Source: Escherichia coli
GTDB lineage: Bacteria > Pseudomonadota > Gammaproteobacteria > Enterobacterales > Enterobacteriaceae
Strand: one strand, 5' to 3'
Length of the DNA stretch: 678 nt
NCBI RefSeq assembly: GCF_003334335.1
Contig: NZ_QOWQ01000160.1
The notes below the pieces were generated by a model. The model had not been told where the DNA came from and made no database searches. It was given only the letters and a program-made list of their open reading frames with translations. The position numbers and the translations under genes were made by a program. This document shows positions 1 to 678 of this stretch, piece after piece (the first letter of the stretch is position 1; every line of letters begins with the position of its first letter).

Positions 1-43
1 TACTCCGTGACTGCTCTGCCACCCTTTTTAAAGTGAATTTTGT

Positions 44-70
44 GATGCGGTGAATGCGGCTATGCGCACG
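44..70. repeat. Three imperfect tandem ~9-bp repeats with an ATGCGG core
   Basis: GATGCGGTG (44-52), AATGCGGCT (53-61), ATGCGCACG (62-70). The first copy lies within the inner end of the left inverted-repeat arm. Confidence 0.4.
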
Positions 71-84
71 CGGAACAGTTAAAA

Positions 85-105
85 CCGTAAAGTGGTCTTT
101 TACGG
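85..105. other. Short hairpin-capable inverted repeat (CCGTAAA, 7-nt loop, TTTACGG); on the - strand it is followed by TTTT
   Basis: 85-91 CCGTAAA pairs with 99-105 TTTACGG. Reverse complement of 76-84 is TTTTAACTG, giving a weak intrinsic-terminator-like shape on the - strand only. Confidence 0.25.
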
Positions 106-135
106 GGCGTAACGGGCATCCTTCTGTATTCCGGC

Positions 136-157
136 GTTAATTGTTAACTGGTTAACG
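136..157. promoter_or_regulatory. Tandem GTTAAC palindromes / three GTTAA repeats (GTTAATT-GTTAACTG-GTTAACG); candidate operator for an unknown regulator
   Basis: GTTAA at 136-140, 143-147 and 151-155 with 7-8 bp period. Two full GTTAAC palindromes (143-148, 151-156) are separated by TG. Located about 55-75 nt upstream of ATG 212. Confidence 0.3.
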
Positions 158-199
158 TCACCTGGAGGCACCAGGCACCGCATCACAAAATTCATTGTT

Positions 200-204
200 G
201 AGGA
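200..204 (+). promoter_or_regulatory. Shine-Dalgarno-like motif (GAGGA) for the 212-400 ORF
   Basis: GAGGA with a 7-nt spacer to ATG 212. Confidence 0.5.
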
Positions 205-211
205 CGCGATA

Positions 212-400
212 ATGGAAACGTTATTACCAAACGTTAATACGTCTGAAGGTTGTTTTGATATTGGTGTTCTGCTCAGTAACCGGGAGTTTACGGAAGATGC
301 CATTAAGATGAGAAAATATGAACCTTATCTTCTCAATGATAATTCCATACTTTCCAGAATTGCCCTTCTTGAACTTGGTATTATCGGAGAACAGCAGTGA
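212..400 (+). CDS. Hypothetical small acidic protein, 62 aa (METLLPNVNTSEGCFDIGVLLSNREF...GIIGEQQ); function unknown
   Basis: ATG at 212-214 is the first start after an in-frame stop (TAA 110-112). GAGGA at 200-204 sits 7 nt upstream. ORF ends at TGA 398-400, overlapping the next start. Hand count: about 10 acidic vs 5 basic residues. No homolog recognised from memory. Confidence 0.55.
   Translation: METLLPNVNTSEGCFDIGVLLSNREFTEDAIKMRKYEPYLLNDNSILSRIALLELGIIGEQQ
386..390 (+). promoter_or_regulatory. Shine-Dalgarno-like motif (GGAGA) for the 397-585 ORF, lying inside the upstream ORF
   Basis: GGAGA with a 6-nt spacer to GTG 397. Confidence 0.4.
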
Positions 401-585
401 CTTCAGCATTTGCACTGGTGATGACCGTTTTTCTTATAACGGGTGAGCCACAAAATGTGATTACCGGAATTTATGACAGTAAGTCATCCTGCATTCAGGT
501 AAGGGACGAACAAAAAATCCCCGGTGAATGCCTCCCGTTAAAAAAAGTATCGCTGAACCTGAATAACGAAATACCGGCTGGATAA
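397..585 (+). CDS. Hypothetical small protein, 62 aa, with N-terminal hydrophobic segment (SAFALVMTVFLITG) and two Cys; candidate small membrane or exported peptide
   Basis: GTG start at 397-399 overlaps the upstream stop as GTGA, a classic translational-coupling arrangement. GGAGA at 386-390 sits 6 nt upstream. Alternative in-frame starts are GTG 418 and ATG 421, neither with an SD. Stop is TAA 583-585. Confidence 0.45.
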   Translation: MTSAFALVMTVFLITGEPQNVITGIYDSKSSCIQVRDEQKIPGECLPLKKVSLNLNNEIPAG

Positions 586-597
586 CCCGCCAGCCAT
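574..597 (+). terminator. Weak stem-loop over the stop codon of the second ORF (GGCTGG, 8-nt loop, CCAGCC); possible terminator or mRNA 3' stabiliser
   Basis: 576-581 GGCTGG pairs with 590-595 CCAGCC; the TAA stop (583-585) is in the loop. Followed by ATATTAA, not a clean U-tract, so intrinsic termination is uncertain. Confidence 0.2.
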
Positions 598-678
598 ATT
601 AACGCCATACCAACGGATTAAAAATGCCAGCAATGGCAGGGATTCGTTCACCCTGAAATCTGTAATGAGGTTAAAACA

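Larger units (their letters stand above)
34..194. repeat. Perfect 19-bp inverted repeat pair (arms 34-52 and 176-194) flanking a 123-bp segment; 161 bp in total
   Basis: 34-52 TGAATTTTGTGATGCGGTG is the exact reverse complement of 176-194 CACCGCATCACAAAATTCA. Extends to 21 bp with one mismatch (32-52 vs 176-196). Read directly from the sequence. Confidence 0.8.

Noticed and set aside
1-30. Partial intrinsic terminator of an upstream gene (GC-rich CTGCTCTGCCACCC followed by TTTTT at 25-29)
   Set aside because: The complementary 5' arm would lie outside the window and no self-complementary partner exists inside it, so it cannot be supported from this sequence.
31-52. CRP binding site (TGTGA at 41-45; TCACA at 183-187 in the other arm)
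   Set aside because: Only isolated half-sites are present. No TGTGA-N6-TCACA arrangement exists within about 22 bp; the partner half-sites are roughly 140 bp apart as part of the long inverted repeat.
123-142. LexA (SOS) box starting at CTGT 123-126
   Set aside because: The required ACAG 8 nt downstream is absent (135-138 is CGTT).
145-161. FadR-like operator (AACTGGT at 146-152)
   Set aside because: Only the left half resembles the FadR consensus as I recall it; the right half does not match.
34-194. Riboswitch aptamer closed by a P1 stem
   Set aside because: A perfect 19-bp closing helix is far longer than typical riboswitch P1 stems, and I see no conserved core of the TPP, FMN, cobalamin, lysine, Moco or yybP-ykoY classes that I can recall. 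Left as a generic structured-leader possibility under the inverted-repeat finding.
34-194. ERIC/IRU or REP/BIME intergenic repeat
   Set aside because: Size is similar to ERIC (about 127 bp), but the sequence does not match the ERIC or REP consensus as I remember them. Unverified without a search.
100-303. 67-aa ORF on the - strand (MASSVNSRLL...)
   Set aside because: It has no SD-like motif upstream of its start (reverse complement of 304-320 lacks GGAG/GAGG). It runs antisense across the structured leader and the start of the + strand ORF, and its Ser/Asn/Pro-rich composition looks like a frame shadow. Most likely an artefact of the opposite-strand ORF.
224-415. 63-aa ORF on the - strand starting with GTG
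   Set aside because: It lies almost entirely antisense to the 212-400 ORF, uses a GTG start with no SD, and has Lys/Phe/Ile-rich composition typical of the reverse frame of an AT-rich gene. The + strand pair with SDs and coupling is the more parsimonious reading.
634-651. Sigma-54 promoter (TGGCAG ... CGTTCA)
   Set aside because: The -24 GG is plausible, but no TTGC/-12 GC element sits at the correct spacing.
665-678. Start of a downstream gene (ATG 665-667, or GAGG 667-670 as SD for a start beyond the window)
   Set aside because: ATG 665 has no SD, and the alternative start would fall past position 678. Too little sequence to call.
1-678. CRISPR array, tRNA/rRNA gene, or IS element with transposase
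   Set aside because: No regularly spaced direct repeats with unique spacers, no tRNA-like cloverleaf region, and no ORF long enough to encode a transposase.

Overview
678-bp window that looks enterobacterial in style; I do not recognise either protein or the locus from memory. It contains a ~211-bp structured leader followed by two small, translationally coupled + strand ORFs of 62 codons each (212-400 and 397-585, overlapping by GTGA), each preceded by a Shine-Dalgarno-like motif. The most striking signal is a perfect 19-bp inverted repeat (34-52 and 176-194) bracketing a 123-bp segment immediately upstream of the first ORF. That segment carries tandem GTTAAC palindromes, three tandem ATGCGG-type repeats, a short hairpin and a CCTGG/CCAGG palindrome. 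The two ORFs are more AT-rich (hand-counted ~38% and ~43% GC) than the leader (~49% GC), which suggests an acquired small-gene cassette. No rRNA, tRNA, CRISPR or recognisable IS/transposase is visible. All functional readings are hypotheses from sequence alone; no database search was run.
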